DNA from: Anthoceros angustus
Taxonomy: Eukaryota > Plantae > Anthocerotophyta
Direction: 5' to 3'
NCBI GenBank assembly: GCA_010909165.1
Contig: MU008171.1
Span: 992,001-1,056,000 of the forward strand
Length of the DNA stretch: 64,000 bases
Every line of letters begins with the position of its first letter. The stretch's first letter is position 1. The notes under the pieces were generated by a model. That model saw only the letters and a list, made by a program, of their open reading frames with translations, did not search any database and was not told the origin of the DNA. This document shows positions 24,347-37,030 of this stretch, piece by piece. Position numbers and translations under genes: made by a program.

Positions 24347-24789
24347 CGGCACCTCTCGATGGAGCTTGCCGATGGCGTGCTGGGCGCCTGCCAGCCACGT
24401 CGGATGGCCGTTGTGATGGACTCGGTAAGTTCCGTACGTGACTTAGCGATTGTTTTGACTTCAGACCCAAGTGGACATACCGGAAGCCGAGCCTACATCC
24501 GAGCGATTGTTTAGTACATATGTACATGGGGCGGAAATATCATCCAGCCACGTGGTAGGACCCGCCATAACCATAGCCGCATGTTTTACCATGTTGACCC
24601 CTTGTTCCGGCTCTCTCTAGGGCTGCACGGCTTTCTTTTGCCGGGCTATGTGGGATTTTTGCCAGGTATATGGGATGGTGGATGGTGTTTGAATATATTT
24701 GGGATTTTTTCTTCTTGAAGACTCATTCAGCGGCTTTATGCTACTCTTTCCTTTTCCCCTCATGGGATATCAAGGATGTTGGTGGTGTC

Positions 24790-25625
24790 TTGGGGAGGGG
24801 GAGCCTTATACCTTTTGTCCATTGCTTCTACGGGAAGTCTTCCACCCTCTACTATCAGTACATGAAGGTCTCTTCGGGATTTGCTATTTCCGTCTTGGAA
24901 TCGCCACAATTACTGTGTAATGTCGACCCCAGGCGGTGCTATCTTTGCCATCGCCCACCACAGGCCCTTTCGGCTGCTTCCTCTCCACATGGTGACCTTG
25001 GCCTGATGGTCCTTCGTCACTTTCGTTTCTCCCTCATATCCTTCTTCCACAATCCACAGTATACCGGGAAACAGCAAGTCCACGAAGGCAAAAGGCAGCA
25101 ATGCGTTGCGCCTTGGAGCAGTATTCTGATGAACATAGCGGCCAACCATGACCCATTCGGCAAGTGCTTCCGGGCTGGGCAAATGCCACCATACAATTCT
25201 AACACGGTGGTCTTGGGAGGAGCCTTATACCTTTGTCCATTGCTTCTACGGAAGTCTTCCACCCTCTACTATCGACATGAAGGTCTCTTGATTTGCTATT
25301 TCCGTCTTGGAATCACCCACAATTACTGTGTCGACCCCAGGCGGTGCTATCTTTGCCATCGCCTCGGGGCCCTTTCGGGCTGCTTCCTCTCCACATGGTG
25401 ACCTTGGCCACCAGTGGTCTCCGCACTCGTTTCTCCCTCATATCCTTCTTCCACAATCCACAGTATACAGGAAGCAACAGGGAAAGTCACGAAGGCAAAA
25501 GGCAGCAATGCGTTGCGCCTTGGAGCAGTATTCTGATGAACATAGCGGTAACCATGACCCATTCAGCAAGTGCTTCGAGCTGGGCAAATGCCACCATACA
25601 ATTCTAACACGGTGGTCTTGGGAGG
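24790..25625 (-). pseudogene. Two tandem copies (about 410 bp) of a degenerate fragment resembling the N-terminal motifs of a DNMT3-like C5 cytosine methyltransferase
   Basis: Joining frames gives KTTVLELYGGIC..LEAL.LNG.MV.RYVH.EYCSKAQRIAAFCLR. This resembles motif I onward of DNMT3-type enzymes (VLSLFDGI.TG). The catalytic PC motif is not clearly recoverable. Confidence 0.4.
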
Positions 25626-25642
25626 AGGAGCTATCCATGAAA

Positions 25643-28200
25643 TGATGCACGACTCACAATGTTGGTGGACTTCATAAAATAGCTTACTATTAGGGCACTC
25701 TTCACTAGGGCACCTAGGACTTAATAATTAATTTAGTCCTTAGGGCTCTAGGTAGTTTCTTCTAGTAGTTATTTAATTGGTTAGTTGTTACAACCACTTA
25801 GCAGTTACAACCTTGCCTACATAAAGGCATGTACTTTCTATTATGAATCAATGCAACACATATTGCTTGAACTAGTGTATAATTCTCATCATGGTATCGA
25901 GCACACTTGCTCTTTGTTTGCTGTGCATCCTCATGCATCTAAGTAGCTTATCTAGGAGACACTTTCTAATCTAGCATTTGCCTAGATGGATTGTGTTTAT
26001 CCTAGAATTGCTATCTTTGCATGCATTCTTTTTATGCTAACATTTCTCTTCTAACAATGCTTTTATGCACTAATTCTTTGTCCTTCCTCCATGGATTTGT
26101 GTTCCCTTAGAAGGAGGAGGCATAGAGTTAAGAAGAGAGTAGTCCTGCAAGACAACAAGAACAAATTAGGAGTCCAACACATAGAAGCAATAGAAGACAA
26201 CAAGCTATAGAGGGAGAGATAGAAGAAACCTCCTCTTGTATAGCAAACTTCATTGCATCTATCTTAATCTCTAAACCAGATCAAGGGAAGTTTATCAAGC
26301 TAGCTAGACGTGATTTGCTAGAAGTTTTAGCCCAATTCACGTCAAGGCATTAGAATTAGCTCTCCAACATATCCCAAATTTGAATCTGGTATTAGTACTC
26401 CTTTATCTTCTAGTCACAAGACAAAAATAGCATAGAAACTCTTAGATTTCAAGAAATTGATAGTCAATTAGCAACTCTTAGAATCCAATCCTTTGATCTT
26501 AAGGAGAATTATCTGAATTAAGGACAAAATTGTCTATTCTCTCTAAGGTTGATAATGCGCGAGATTTGAGAGCATGCTATCATCATCCGAATCGATTATG
26601 ATGCAAGAGAAGAGTTTCGCATGCAATAGAAGATGGAGGCTGCCGGGCGAGGCCTAGTCCTCTAAATCACCTACAATGGCTGGAGTGATCAATGATGAAG
26701 AACAAATTTCCTAATTCCCCATTGGGTAATGATAATGCTAACACTTCATTGCATTATCATTATGGTGACGATTTCAAAGAGAAAGATAGATTCAATGGAA
26801 GGATTATGACATCGGTCATTGAGAATGCGAGGAGCTTTGCGGCAAAGAGACCTTTGGGGCATCGTCGATGGATCAATTCCAAGGCCACACGCCCGATTTG
26901 AGCGTGAACTTCAACCTTCCGGACGCCAGGGGCGAAGGCACAAGATTTATTGGTCGTGGACTTTCTCAACATATGGTGAGACATGTCGCTGCAAAGACCT
27001 CCAAGGATATGTGGACTCACCTTGCTCAATTATATTCATCTCGAGATGTAATGAGTATTGTTGCGACTTCACGTAACTTCCGCAACCTCTCAATGAAGGA
27101 GTCCGACACCATCGAACATCATGTTAATGCATTTCGATTGGCACGATCCCATTTGGAATCTTCAATGGCGTACCTATCTCGAGAGATGGAGGCTTACGTC
27201 ATTCTCTTATCTTCATTGCCACCTTCTTATAGGGCTTTCATTACAACTCAAAATGCGTAATGTCGAAAAGCAGATGAAGATCCAAATGAAGAGCGGACAT
27301 CGGTGTTTCGAACTTATTGGAGCATTGCTACAGGAGGAGGCAAGCGTCATCATCACTCCAGAGCCAACAAGCGGCGGTGATGTATTCACAAAGGGTAGAG
27401 GAAGAGGCGAGGCCGAGGTTCTACTTTCCAATGACCCCATATCCACATACTTTCCAAGATGGAGGCATCTTCTTCAACACCGCAAGAGGTAACAAGAAGG
27501 CGGGATTATATGTAATTGGTGCGAATCCCAAATCACATGGAAAAGGATTGTCGTAAGAAGAATGGGAACCTCGGAGGCCCCACAGAGCTAACATTGCAAG
27601 AAACAATCTTCCTCAACTCCAGTGCTCACCGTGTGCTTGGCTTCTTCCAAGCCCTCCAATACCTCATGGTACTTAGGCAGTGGAGCTACTTCACATATTT
27701 GTTACAGAAACTCTTTTGAGTCTTACTCACGACCACAGGACATCGGTCATCACGGGAGATGATCACAACCTACCCATAGCGGGTGTCGGTTGATTGTATT
27801 CAAGTGTGATTCAGTTCTTCATCTTCATCAAGTCCTCCATGTTCCTTCAATGTGCAAGAATCTAGTATCATTTGTAAGTCTTTGTCAAGAACACACTCGG
27901 TGATCCTTTATGTAGAGAGTTGTCTTCTCTCTTTCATAAGTGATAGAAACTATACGCGAGGCACTTTAGATGATGGTCTCTATAGATTGTCGGTACAAGT
28001 GGGAGCCACCCATTACGCTAATGTTGCCATTCCAAACCCATGACACCTACCCAAACCATGCTTTGGCATTGTCGCCTTGGTCATCCTAATAGTCAAAAGT
28101 TAATCCAAATGTCTAAGGAGCTTTATATAGAACCCTTGCCTTGCAAAGGTTGAGCACCTACCTTGGTGCGAATCTTGTGTCCTCACTAAGCGACATCAAA
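25643..28200 (+). mobile_element. Ty1/copia 5' fragment (copia-B): LTR, PBS, long leader, gag, protease, pre-integrase
   Basis: LTR 25643-25891 with TGATG...CATCA ends and PBS tggtatcgagc at 25892-25902. Gag reads KEKDRFNG..LRMRGALRQRDLWGIVDG, with zinc knuckle C.WC...SHMEKDC, then WYL(D)SGATSHIC and LWHCRLGH. Confidence 0.85.
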
Positions 28201-28465
28201 AGCGATCACCTTAGATTCCGTTGCAGCGGTGAATAGGCACAGACGGAGAAGAGTCGCGTGCCACAAAGCACACCCACGAAATCCATTGTGATGCGGGTGG
28301 AAATAGGAGATGCCCACAACCTAAAGATGGCGGTGGCGTTGAATCTCGAGCAAAATGTTGGCGAGTTGATGCGAATCTTGGTGAAGCACTTCAGGAATCG
28401 GAAGAACTCTCTCCATCAGCAAGGTAAGCTTCTTTTGTTCAAATACGCTACTGATCAGGGCCCCA

Positions 28466-29245
28466 AGTTTTGAAGATCTCAAACTCTGGCCTCCAGGTTT
28501 TGAAGATCTCGAACTCTGGGCTCCAAGTTGTTTTGAAGATCTCGAACTCTGGCCTGTTGGTTTGAAGATCTCGAACTCTGGCCTGTAGGTTTTGAAGATC
28601 TCAAACTCTGGGCTCCAGGTTTTGAAGATCTCAAACTTTGGACTCAGTTTTGAAGATCTCGCATGGACTCGGTTTTGAAGATCTCGAACTCGGCCTCGGG
28701 TTTTGAAGATCTCGAACTCGGCCTCAGTTTTGAAGATCTCGAACTCGGCCTCCAGTTTTGAAGATCTCGAACTCGGCCTCGGGTTTTCAAGATCTTGAAC
28801 TCGGCCTCCGGGTTTTGAAGATCTCGAACTCCACGTTTGAAGATCTCGAACTGGCCTCCAGGTTTTGAAGATCTCGAACTCTGGGCTCCAAGTTGTTTTG
28901 AAGATCTCGAACTCAGGCTAAGTTGGTTTGAAGATCTCGAACTCGGTAGGTTTTGAAGATCTCAAACTCTGGGCTCCAGGTTTTGAAGATCTCAAACTTT
29001 GGACTCAGTTTTGAAGATCTCGCATGGACTCGGTTTTGAAGATCTCGAACTCGGCCTCGGGTTTTGAAGATCTCGAACTCGGCCTCAGTTTTGAAGATCT
29101 CGAACTCGCCTCCAGTTTTGAAGATCTCGAACTCGGCCTCAGTTTTCAAGATCTTGAACTGGCCTCCGGGTTTTGAAGATCTCGAACTCGCCTCCACGTT
29201 TGAAGATCTCGAACTCTGGCCTCCAGTTTTGAAGTTCTCAAACTC
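28466..29245. repeat. Tandem array of 26-31-bp units (TTTTGAAGATCTCGAACTC(T)GGCCTC..)
   Basis: More than 25 head-to-tail units, with a higher-order duplication of about 355 bp. Confidence 0.95.
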
Positions 29246-29652
29246 TCACAAGGCGATGATTGAACTCTAATTGGCTAAAATTGGAGGGACGGTAGAATTG
29301 CCTTCAAAATTGTTGTCACCTCCACGAGAGGAAAAGTGTTGGCGTTGTCGGGTTGCGAGCTTGGGTGCGGAGGAGGGACTCGTGAAGAGTCGAATGTCAT
29401 TTCTCCACGGTGACGAGTGAAAGTAGCGGTAGTTTTATACGCCCTGCTTCATGAGCAAGTTGGCTTCCTGCGGACATCTCGGCATTTTTAGATGTAGGCT
29501 TCTCGGTCTGAGAGGAGTTGTGTCATTATCGGTTGAGTAGCGGAAACATGACATCCGTGTACAAGCAAAAGAGCCCTAATGTGAAACCTCTCTAGGCCCT
29601 TATGGATGACATAAGGATGGAATTCAAGCATCGGGCATCCGGGCATCGTGAT

Positions 29653-29747
29653 GCTTTGATACCATGTAACGAGGCGCAAGGCACTAAGGCGCTTGGAAAG
29701 CACGGCGTTTGCGGCAAGCTTGTGTTTGGGGAAAGGTTAAGTGTACA
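29653..29747 (-). mobile_element. LTR 3' end plus PBS remnant of another LTR retroelement
   Basis: Minus strand reads ...GTTACA followed by TGGTATCAAAGC (tRNA-iMet-like PBS). Confidence 0.5.
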
Positions 29748-30308
29748 AGTTGGAGTCTTCTTGTTGCTCTCGTCGTGGGCCCTTTTGGAAATGGGGACCG
29801 ATGACTCTTGCCTAGTGAACAGGCCTCACAAATGCCAAAAATCTTCAATCACTGGTGAGTGGAATGCTTGCATTGCTGGGTTTTAACATGTCCTTCATCC
29901 AGAGTGTGCATATGGCCAAGGCGGGCATGCCACAAGTAAGACTCACTCGTGCTTGTGGTGGTAGATAGGGAGGAAGGTGGGCAGAGGAGAAGTTGTGACA
30001 TTCGGTGATAGAGGTCGTCGTCTTTCAAGTCCCTGGCTATTAGATCTCCTTGTAAAGTCTCAATGCAGTGACCTCCACCAAAGCACACATAACATAGGAT
30101 TGATCAACCTTCCGGATGAAAATAGGTTCTTCGTCAAGCCGGTGCCGTACGTCGATATTTGTAGGGTAGAATTAGGCTTGACATGCGGTCTCTGATTCGT
30201 GACGAAATGGTGTGTTGGTATCGTCCCCAAGGTGAAATGGGGAGGTGTGGTGGGGTTGACTTGGCTAAAATATTCACGATGTGGTGTCATGTCTTTGGGA
30301 TGCCCGGA
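29740..30308 (-). pseudogene. copia-A' continuation (protease and pre-integrase) downstream of the CACTA insertion
   Basis: (G)AS..MTPHREYFSQVNPTTPPHF.LG, YLWHARLGHM, GICEACSLGKSHR and LQLVH. Joins WYIDS at 46622. Confidence 0.85.
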
Positions 30309-30689
30309 CACTACTACATTTGAGGATCCAAAACAACGCTCCAAAACAACGGTTGGAAAAGGCGTTATTTCTTAGGTTCGGAGCCATACATCGTTTGGTG
30401 TGGATTTGGGTACGGCTAGGTCTGGGTAATTCTTAACGGGTAATTTGAATTCTTAACGAGTAATTTTATTTCTTAACAAATAATTTTAATTCTCAATGAT
30501 TAATTTTAAATTTAATAAATATAGTATATAATTAATCAGATATTAAGTAAATAATGGAGTACACTTAACGCGGCTTCATCTGGACCCAACGGGTCCCGTC
30601 CCGTTATAACTTGTTGAACTTAGCAACCGTCCGAATCCAACGGGCCCCGTCCCACCTAATGTGCACATCCCATCTCGTTAGAGTTGAGA

Positions 30690-31085
30690 AGCCCATCCGT
30701 CCCATTCGATCCTAAGGAGCCTTTCCCGTCCCAACGGCTCCGTCCGATCCTAACGGTTCCGTTCAGCCCTAACGGTAACAGCTCCGTCAAGTTCGGTCCT
30801 AAGGAGCCTGTCCTGTCCCAACGGCTCCGTCCGATCCTAACGGTTCTGTTCAGCCCTGACGGCTCCGTCCGATCCTAACGGTTCCATTCAGCCCTAGCGG
30901 GAACAGCTCCGTCCGATCCTAACGGTTCCGTTCAGCCCTGACGGCTCCGTACGATCCTAACGGTTCCGTTTAGCCCTAGCGGGAACAGCTCCGTCAAGTC
31001 GCATCCCCGTCCGGAACAGCTCCGTCAAGTCGCATCCCCGTCCGGAACAGCTCCGTCAAGTCGCATCCCCGTCCGGACCTGACGG
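30690..31085. repeat. CACTA subterminal repeats (ccgtccgatcctaacggttccgttcagccct; ccggaacagctccgtcaagtcgcatcccc)
   Basis: Multiple direct repeats within 400-800 bp of the left TIR, as is typical of CACTA ends. Confidence 0.8.
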
Positions 31086-31461
31086 GACTCGCATATCCGA
31101 GTGTGGTGAGGACCCTCAAAAGGGTGGATTGAAGATACTGGGTTTGAAACCGGGTCTCTCCAACCCGAAACTCAAAGACAAACCACTAGAACAATGCATC
31201 ATGCTTTACCTGTAGCGTTGTTTTTACATATACATCAGTTTGAAAACAACAAATTTAAGTGTCATCTTCGTTCGCATGCCGATCAGACACATATACCTCC
31301 CGCTAAACCTGCCAGGCCTATAGGCAACTCAAGGAAAAGGGACAATTCGCATCGTCTGGACTCTACACTATGATGGCTCGGCTTTCTACAGTGTCGTGTT
31401 GCTGCCCTAACAAACCACAGTATTTCCAGTCCTCTACATTGTGTACTCTACTCTTATTTGC

Positions 31462-34400
31462 TTAGGGGATTCTGGTATACCTGGATGGGCATTCCACAAC
31501 TAGACTCCAACCTTCCTGCGTTGAGAATGGCGAATCATGGAAAAACACCTGCGTGACATGTTCAGGGAATGCAAAGGGCCCTGACCCATCTTCTGTTCCA
31601 CAGTTGTAGAGCAACTTGCGGTTTACTAAAGAGAATCCACTCAAGTCCTCTTTGAGGGATGGAGTCCTCCCACTTGGCTTACACTCATACCAATTCACCC
31701 TAAATATGAAATGATCCTCCTCCCACATTTCATGCGATGATTTGTTGGATGTTACCATAAAATGGCCGTGCTTGCTCATCATCTCCGACAATCCAAACCC
31801 CGTAACACCACTATCCTGTGACTTTTCTATGCTTGTGCATGCGCCTATGCGATAGTGGTAGCCATAAGCCTTGAGTCCACGATACTCCTCGGTTTTCGAG
31901 GAGGGCTGCTATATCCTGGGTGTCATGTCGAGGCCATCGGCCTTCGTCGATGGTGGCGTAACCATTGTCTAAAATCCTTTTCACGAGTTAAACCATTTTC
32001 CACCTCGTCTACATGGATAGCCAAGTATGGAGCCATGGCTTTCATATTCATCAAGATGTACTTGTGCATGCGCCTATGTTCATCTTCCCGTAAGATTATA
32101 GGCTTCCCTTTCCCAATAGGAACTTGAACATGATGTGCATCTTCATCGCAATTGACCGCAAGTGATTAGCTCTAGGGTACATTTCCTCAAAAGGACTTGG
32201 CATATAACATGGCCTCCATAGCTAGGTATCCAGCAATGCTGCCCTCGTCCTTACACAAAGATCTTTAAGCACTTTCAAATAACGCTCTATAGGGAACATC
32301 CAACGATGCATGGGCCGTGTGTTTCCACCTCTCCAACAAGATGCACAATCATGTGCATTTGTATATCAAACAACTGGTTGGAAAAAGTCGTTCCATTTCC
32401 ACCATGACTTCTCGGCCTCTAATTTCATGTCTTGCACTTCACATACAAGAACCTCTTTTCGGGTCAACCACCGAATAAGCTCAACCGGGCAACAACCGAG
32501 AACACCTCCTCATCGATGAAGCCACGTAGGGCTATAGGTAGAAATAAAGCATAAGGACATACCAATCATGGGACTTGAATCACAAGCTTTCGACCAACTT
32601 CGCACATATTCGAGCGTAATCCGGTCGGAGGTCGAATATCAAGCATAAAACGAGTTCAAGATTCTCCTTTGTGAGAACCCATGCGACTTGGAAGCAAATA
32701 GTGGTCAGGTCTCCGGTGTATTGGTTGTGGCCACATGCTCGACTTCTTGTTTCCTTCTGAGATCCTCTCTTGTTGCCAAGTCGCTCTTTGCCCAACCAAA
32801 GTATACCATAAGTCTTCGCCACATTCTTGATGATATGCATCCGTCCTTCCCACCAAATGGGTTCTCCAAGTGCTCCGTAAGGTAAGATGTCATACCCAAC
32901 AAAACTACGTTTACCCCCATTTTCGATCCGTAGTTCAATCCCCGCTTCCAATTCGCTTCTCGTATGATGTCTTGGTGAGTTGCCTCTCCTCCCACTTCAC
33001 CCAACTCGCTGACCATGAAACGGCTCTACATCATGCGACCTATGCGGATGTGGCAATGGTAGCAACTTCCTGCGCCGATAGATACTCTTTGCAACGTTGA
33101 CTGCGATGATCAATGCGAGACCAACAAGTTGGACAAGCTCTATATCCCCACTGTAGTCCGAGAAGAAACTCCAGCCCCATAAAATGTGATAGTGTTCACA
33201 ATTGCGACGCGCTTGAAATTACGGCTTGGGTCGGATACATCCGGATGCATCCACAACAAATACTCTGTCCAAAGTTCTCAAGCTCTTCATACATAGGCTC
33301 CGAAGATATCCGCATTTGCAACTTTGTGAGGCCACAGTATCAACACCGCATCATGATATATTGTTTCTTGAATGCAATCCAAGGAGGAAAATTTTGGTTG
33401 ATGAGCAAAAGCGGCCAAGTTGATCGAGTAGAGGTCCGCATTCCAAAGCGGGATACGTCATTGCAAGTGTGAAGTGAATATTTCTTGGATCGTCACCAAA
33501 ACCATCGAGCATCAACAGAGTGATGCGGTGAGTCGCAAATATGGCCATTCTCCTGTTGTACTCTGTTGGTAACATGTGAAGACATCTCAAGCAAGATCAG
33601 CACACCTAAATAATCGTTGCAACCTAGGGATCACCGGAAGTACCACATACGCTTACGTGCCACGGTGTCGTGCACCACGTTCCTTTCTCATATCGGTACT
33701 CACCACACTTCCTGCAAGTTTTACGCTTCCGTCCATAGGTCCTCTAAAAGCGGGCAGTCTCCAATACACGTCAATTTTCTCATAGTCTTGGCCAACATGT
33801 AGCACTTCTGCATCCCTCGCGTTTTGGCATATTATTGGGCTTGGAAGGGCTCTAGTTGCCAAGAATCCAAATAAAGCATTCATAAAGACGTCGATACCTT
33901 GAATTGCATTTGCATATACAACAAGTGCAACGTTGTAGTCAAACAGTTCTCTTGAACCCTCACACAACTTAGTCTCTTTTCTCTTATTTTGTTGCGCCAA
34001 GGATCCTCATCATCCTCACCAACATTCATGGACTCTAGATAGGCTTCGTGGCGGCAATGCTATCGCTAGTTCTTGAAATGATCCTCGCCATCCTCCAGCT
34101 TGTCATCATCCGATGTGAGGAGGAGAAGTGAGGAACTCGTCTTCGATGTATTGTCACTTTCATCGAATTGGAGCCCCTTCATACCACTGGTGCATCGTCA
34201 AGCGGTGGTGAAAGCCACCTTCTACACTGCGATCACTCTTCCTCACCTTCTACACCAGCAATTACTCTTCCCCACCTTCTACACTGGACACAATTCCTCT
34301 TCCCTCACCATCACTTCCTGTTCCCTCACCATCACTTCATGTTCCCTTAAAAGCGCATGCAATGTCGGGCGGAATGATCACCTCTCGCCCACCCTTGGTT

Positions 34401-35487
34401 TTGACAGATGGGGCAAGGGCAAGGCATCTGGGATATCTCGATTCTGAGCAACGGCGAACTCGGGCTCGATTCTATCGCAGCTCCATGGCTGGTGCTTCAC
34501 GGCGAACATTCCTTGTCCAAGTAATGTCGTCATTGGGCATGGTCCTTGCCATTGCGCTCACCACCCCACCTCCTATATGTGGACCACGATATTCGGGCAA
34601 GCTTTTGGGGCAAGGCGGAGGTTTTTCTTTGCGCAAGCAAAAGCGAGCCTCTCAATACACGCCAATTTTCTCATAGTCTTGGCCAACATGTAGCAGTTTC
34701 CTGCATCCCTCGCGTTTTGGCATATTATTGGGCTTCGGAAGGGCTCTAGTTGCCAAGAATCCAAATAAAGCATTCATAAAGACGTCTGATACCTTGAATT
34801 TCATTTGCATATACAACAAGTGCAACGTTGTAGTCAAACAGTTCTCGTCGGAACCCTCACACAACTTAGTTTGTGCTGCTACTCTTATTTTGTTGCGCCA
34901 AGGATCCTCATCATCCTCACCAACATTCATGGACTCTAGATAGGCTTCGTGGCAGCAATGCTATCTGCTAGTTCTTCGAAATTATCCTCGCCATCCTCCA
35001 GCTTGTCATCGTCATCCGATGTGAGAGGAGAAGTGAGGAACTCGTCTTCTGATGTATTGTCACTTTCATCAGAATTGGAGCCCCCTTCATACCCTGGTGC
35101 ATCGTCAAGTAGGTGGTGAAAGCCACCTTCTACACTTGCAGTCACTCTTCCCTCACCTTCTACACCAGCAATTACTCTTCCCCCACCTTCTACACCTGGA
35201 CACAATTCCTCTTCCCTCACCATCACTTCCTGTTCCCTCACCATCACTTCATGTTCCCTTAAAAACTGCATGCAATGTCGGGCAGAATGATCACCTCTCG
35301 CCCACCCTTGGTTTTGACAGATGGGGCAAGGGCAAGGCATCTGCAGGATATCTCGATTACGAGCAACGACGAACTCGGGCTCAGATTCTATCGCAGGCTC
35401 CATGGCTGGTGCTTCACGGCGGCGACGAACATTCCTTGTCCAAGTAATGTCGTCATTGGGCATGGTCCTTGCCATTGCGCTCACCAC
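31462..35487 (-). pseudogene. CACTA TnpD-type transposase, frameshifted, 5' part tandemly duplicated
   Basis: CPCPICQN (transposase-associated; about 34400 and 35330), MHIIKNV, HRWMFPIERYLKVLKDL (about 32290), and FRVNWYEC...PFAFPEHVTQVFF (DUF4216-like). The 33700-34690 segment repeats at 34650-35580. Confidence 0.85.
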
Positions 35488-35579
35488 CCCACCTCCCTAT
35501 ATGTGGACCACGATATTCGGGCAAGCTTTTGGGGCAAGGCGAGGTTTTTCTTTGCGCAAGCAAGAAAAGCGGTGAGGCG

Positions 35580-37030
35580 AGCATATATAGCAAACTGCGG
35601 ACTCGAGCTCTCCTCTTTAGCGACTTGGTGGAAACTTGGATCGAAATGGTTAGCTCGATCGACCTTGCACAGATCGTGAATCGTGTAGACTTGATGTGGT
35701 GACATGTACATACATCCCGAGGGTATCGCCCATGGACAGCTAGCATTTGAGTGAGTGGTGAAAGCCGCATACATATCCAAGTGCCTTGCGGATGGACTAA
35801 ACTCCTTCCGAGCAGTGACTGCATACACCGCTCTTTGAATGCGCCATGTTTTGATCCGCATTGCGTTTTCAAGATGAAAATGCACGCAAATTAGTTAATT
35901 GGGTGCATTCGTGAGGAGCTGCGGTTGGGTTGTAGAGTTACCGCTTAGCAACGCGATGCTCGCAAGAGGGTACATTACGTAGACCTTGCTAATGTATACT
36001 GTAGAAGAAGCGAGATATCATAAGTAGTTGGTACTTAAAGTACAAGTGTGATCACGTCAGCGCGGCGGTGAATCGAGCCGATGGGCGGTCGCGATCGGAG
36101 ACTACGACCGCCTAGCCTAGGGCTGCGAGTGGCGCTCCGTGTAAGGTTGCGGCGTCTGCGAAACACATCGACTGAACAAAACACCACGAGCATCGACGCC
36201 GATCGACCGCTTATATCTTGTTCATCGAAGCGGGGGGGAGACACCAACCCGATTAATCTCGCGCAGCCAAGAAAAGCAAGAAAGGAGTAGCAGGGGCGAG
36301 CATATATAGCAAACCTGCGGACTCGAGCTCTCCTCTTTAGCGACTTGGTGGAAACTTGGATCGAAATGGTTAGCTCGATCGACCTTGCACAGATCGTGAA
36401 TCGTGTAGACTTGATGTGGTGACATGTACATACATCCCGAGGGTATCGCCCATGGACAGCTAGCATTTGAGTGAGTGGTGAAAGCCGCATACATATCCAA
36501 GTGCCTTGCGGATGGACTAAACTCCTTCAGACGCAGTACTGCGGTACCGCTCTTTGAATGCGCCATGTTTTGATCCACATTGCGTTTTCAAGATGAAAAT
36601 GCCGCCGAGCAAGCCTTAGTTGGTGGCATTCTTGGTGAGGAGCTGCGGTTGGGTTGTAGAGTTACCGCTTAGCAACGCGATGCTCGCAAGAGGGTACATT
36701 ACACCACAGACCTTGCTAATGTATACTGTAGAAGAAGCGAGATATCATAAGTAGTTGGTACTTAAAGTACAAGTGTGATCACGTCAGCGCTGGCGGCGGT
36801 GAATCCAGCCGATGGGCGGTCGCGATCGGAGACTACGACCGCCTAGCCTAGCTGCGAGTGGCGCTCCGTGTAAGGTTGCGGCGTCTGCGAAACACATCGA
36901 CTGAACAAAACACCACGAGCATCGACGCCGATCGGCCGCTTATATCTTGTTCATCGAAGCGGGGGATGAACCCGATTAATCTCGCGCAACCAAGAAAAGC
37001 AAGAAAGGAGTAGCGGTGAGCATAGCAAAC
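35580..37030. repeat. Tandem duplication of about 720 bp in the CACTA bidirectional spacer
   Basis: gcatatatagcaaa..cttggtggaaacttggatcgaaatgg occurs at about 35580 and 36300. aaagtacaagtgtgatcacgtcagcg occurs at about 36037 and 36764. Confidence 0.9.

Noticed and set aside
25892-25902. PBS TGGTATCGAGC as evidence of a novel primer tRNA
   Set aside because: It differs from the tRNA-iMet PBS by loss of one A in a CAG context, the most common apparent error in this sequence.
28200-28460. Gypsy integrase (ITMDFVG) on the minus strand
   Set aside because: Only one short motif resembles it, and no zinc-finger or DDE context could be assembled.
28470-28500. Heat-shock elements in the GAAGATCTCGAA repeat
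   Set aside because: The GAA/TTC blocks are not in the nGAAnnTTCn register.
28466-29245. Array of about 28-bp repeats as a CRISPR array
   Set aside because: Units are head-to-tail with no unique spacers, no cas genes are present, and the context is eukaryotic. The same applies to 30690-31085 and 7640-8160.
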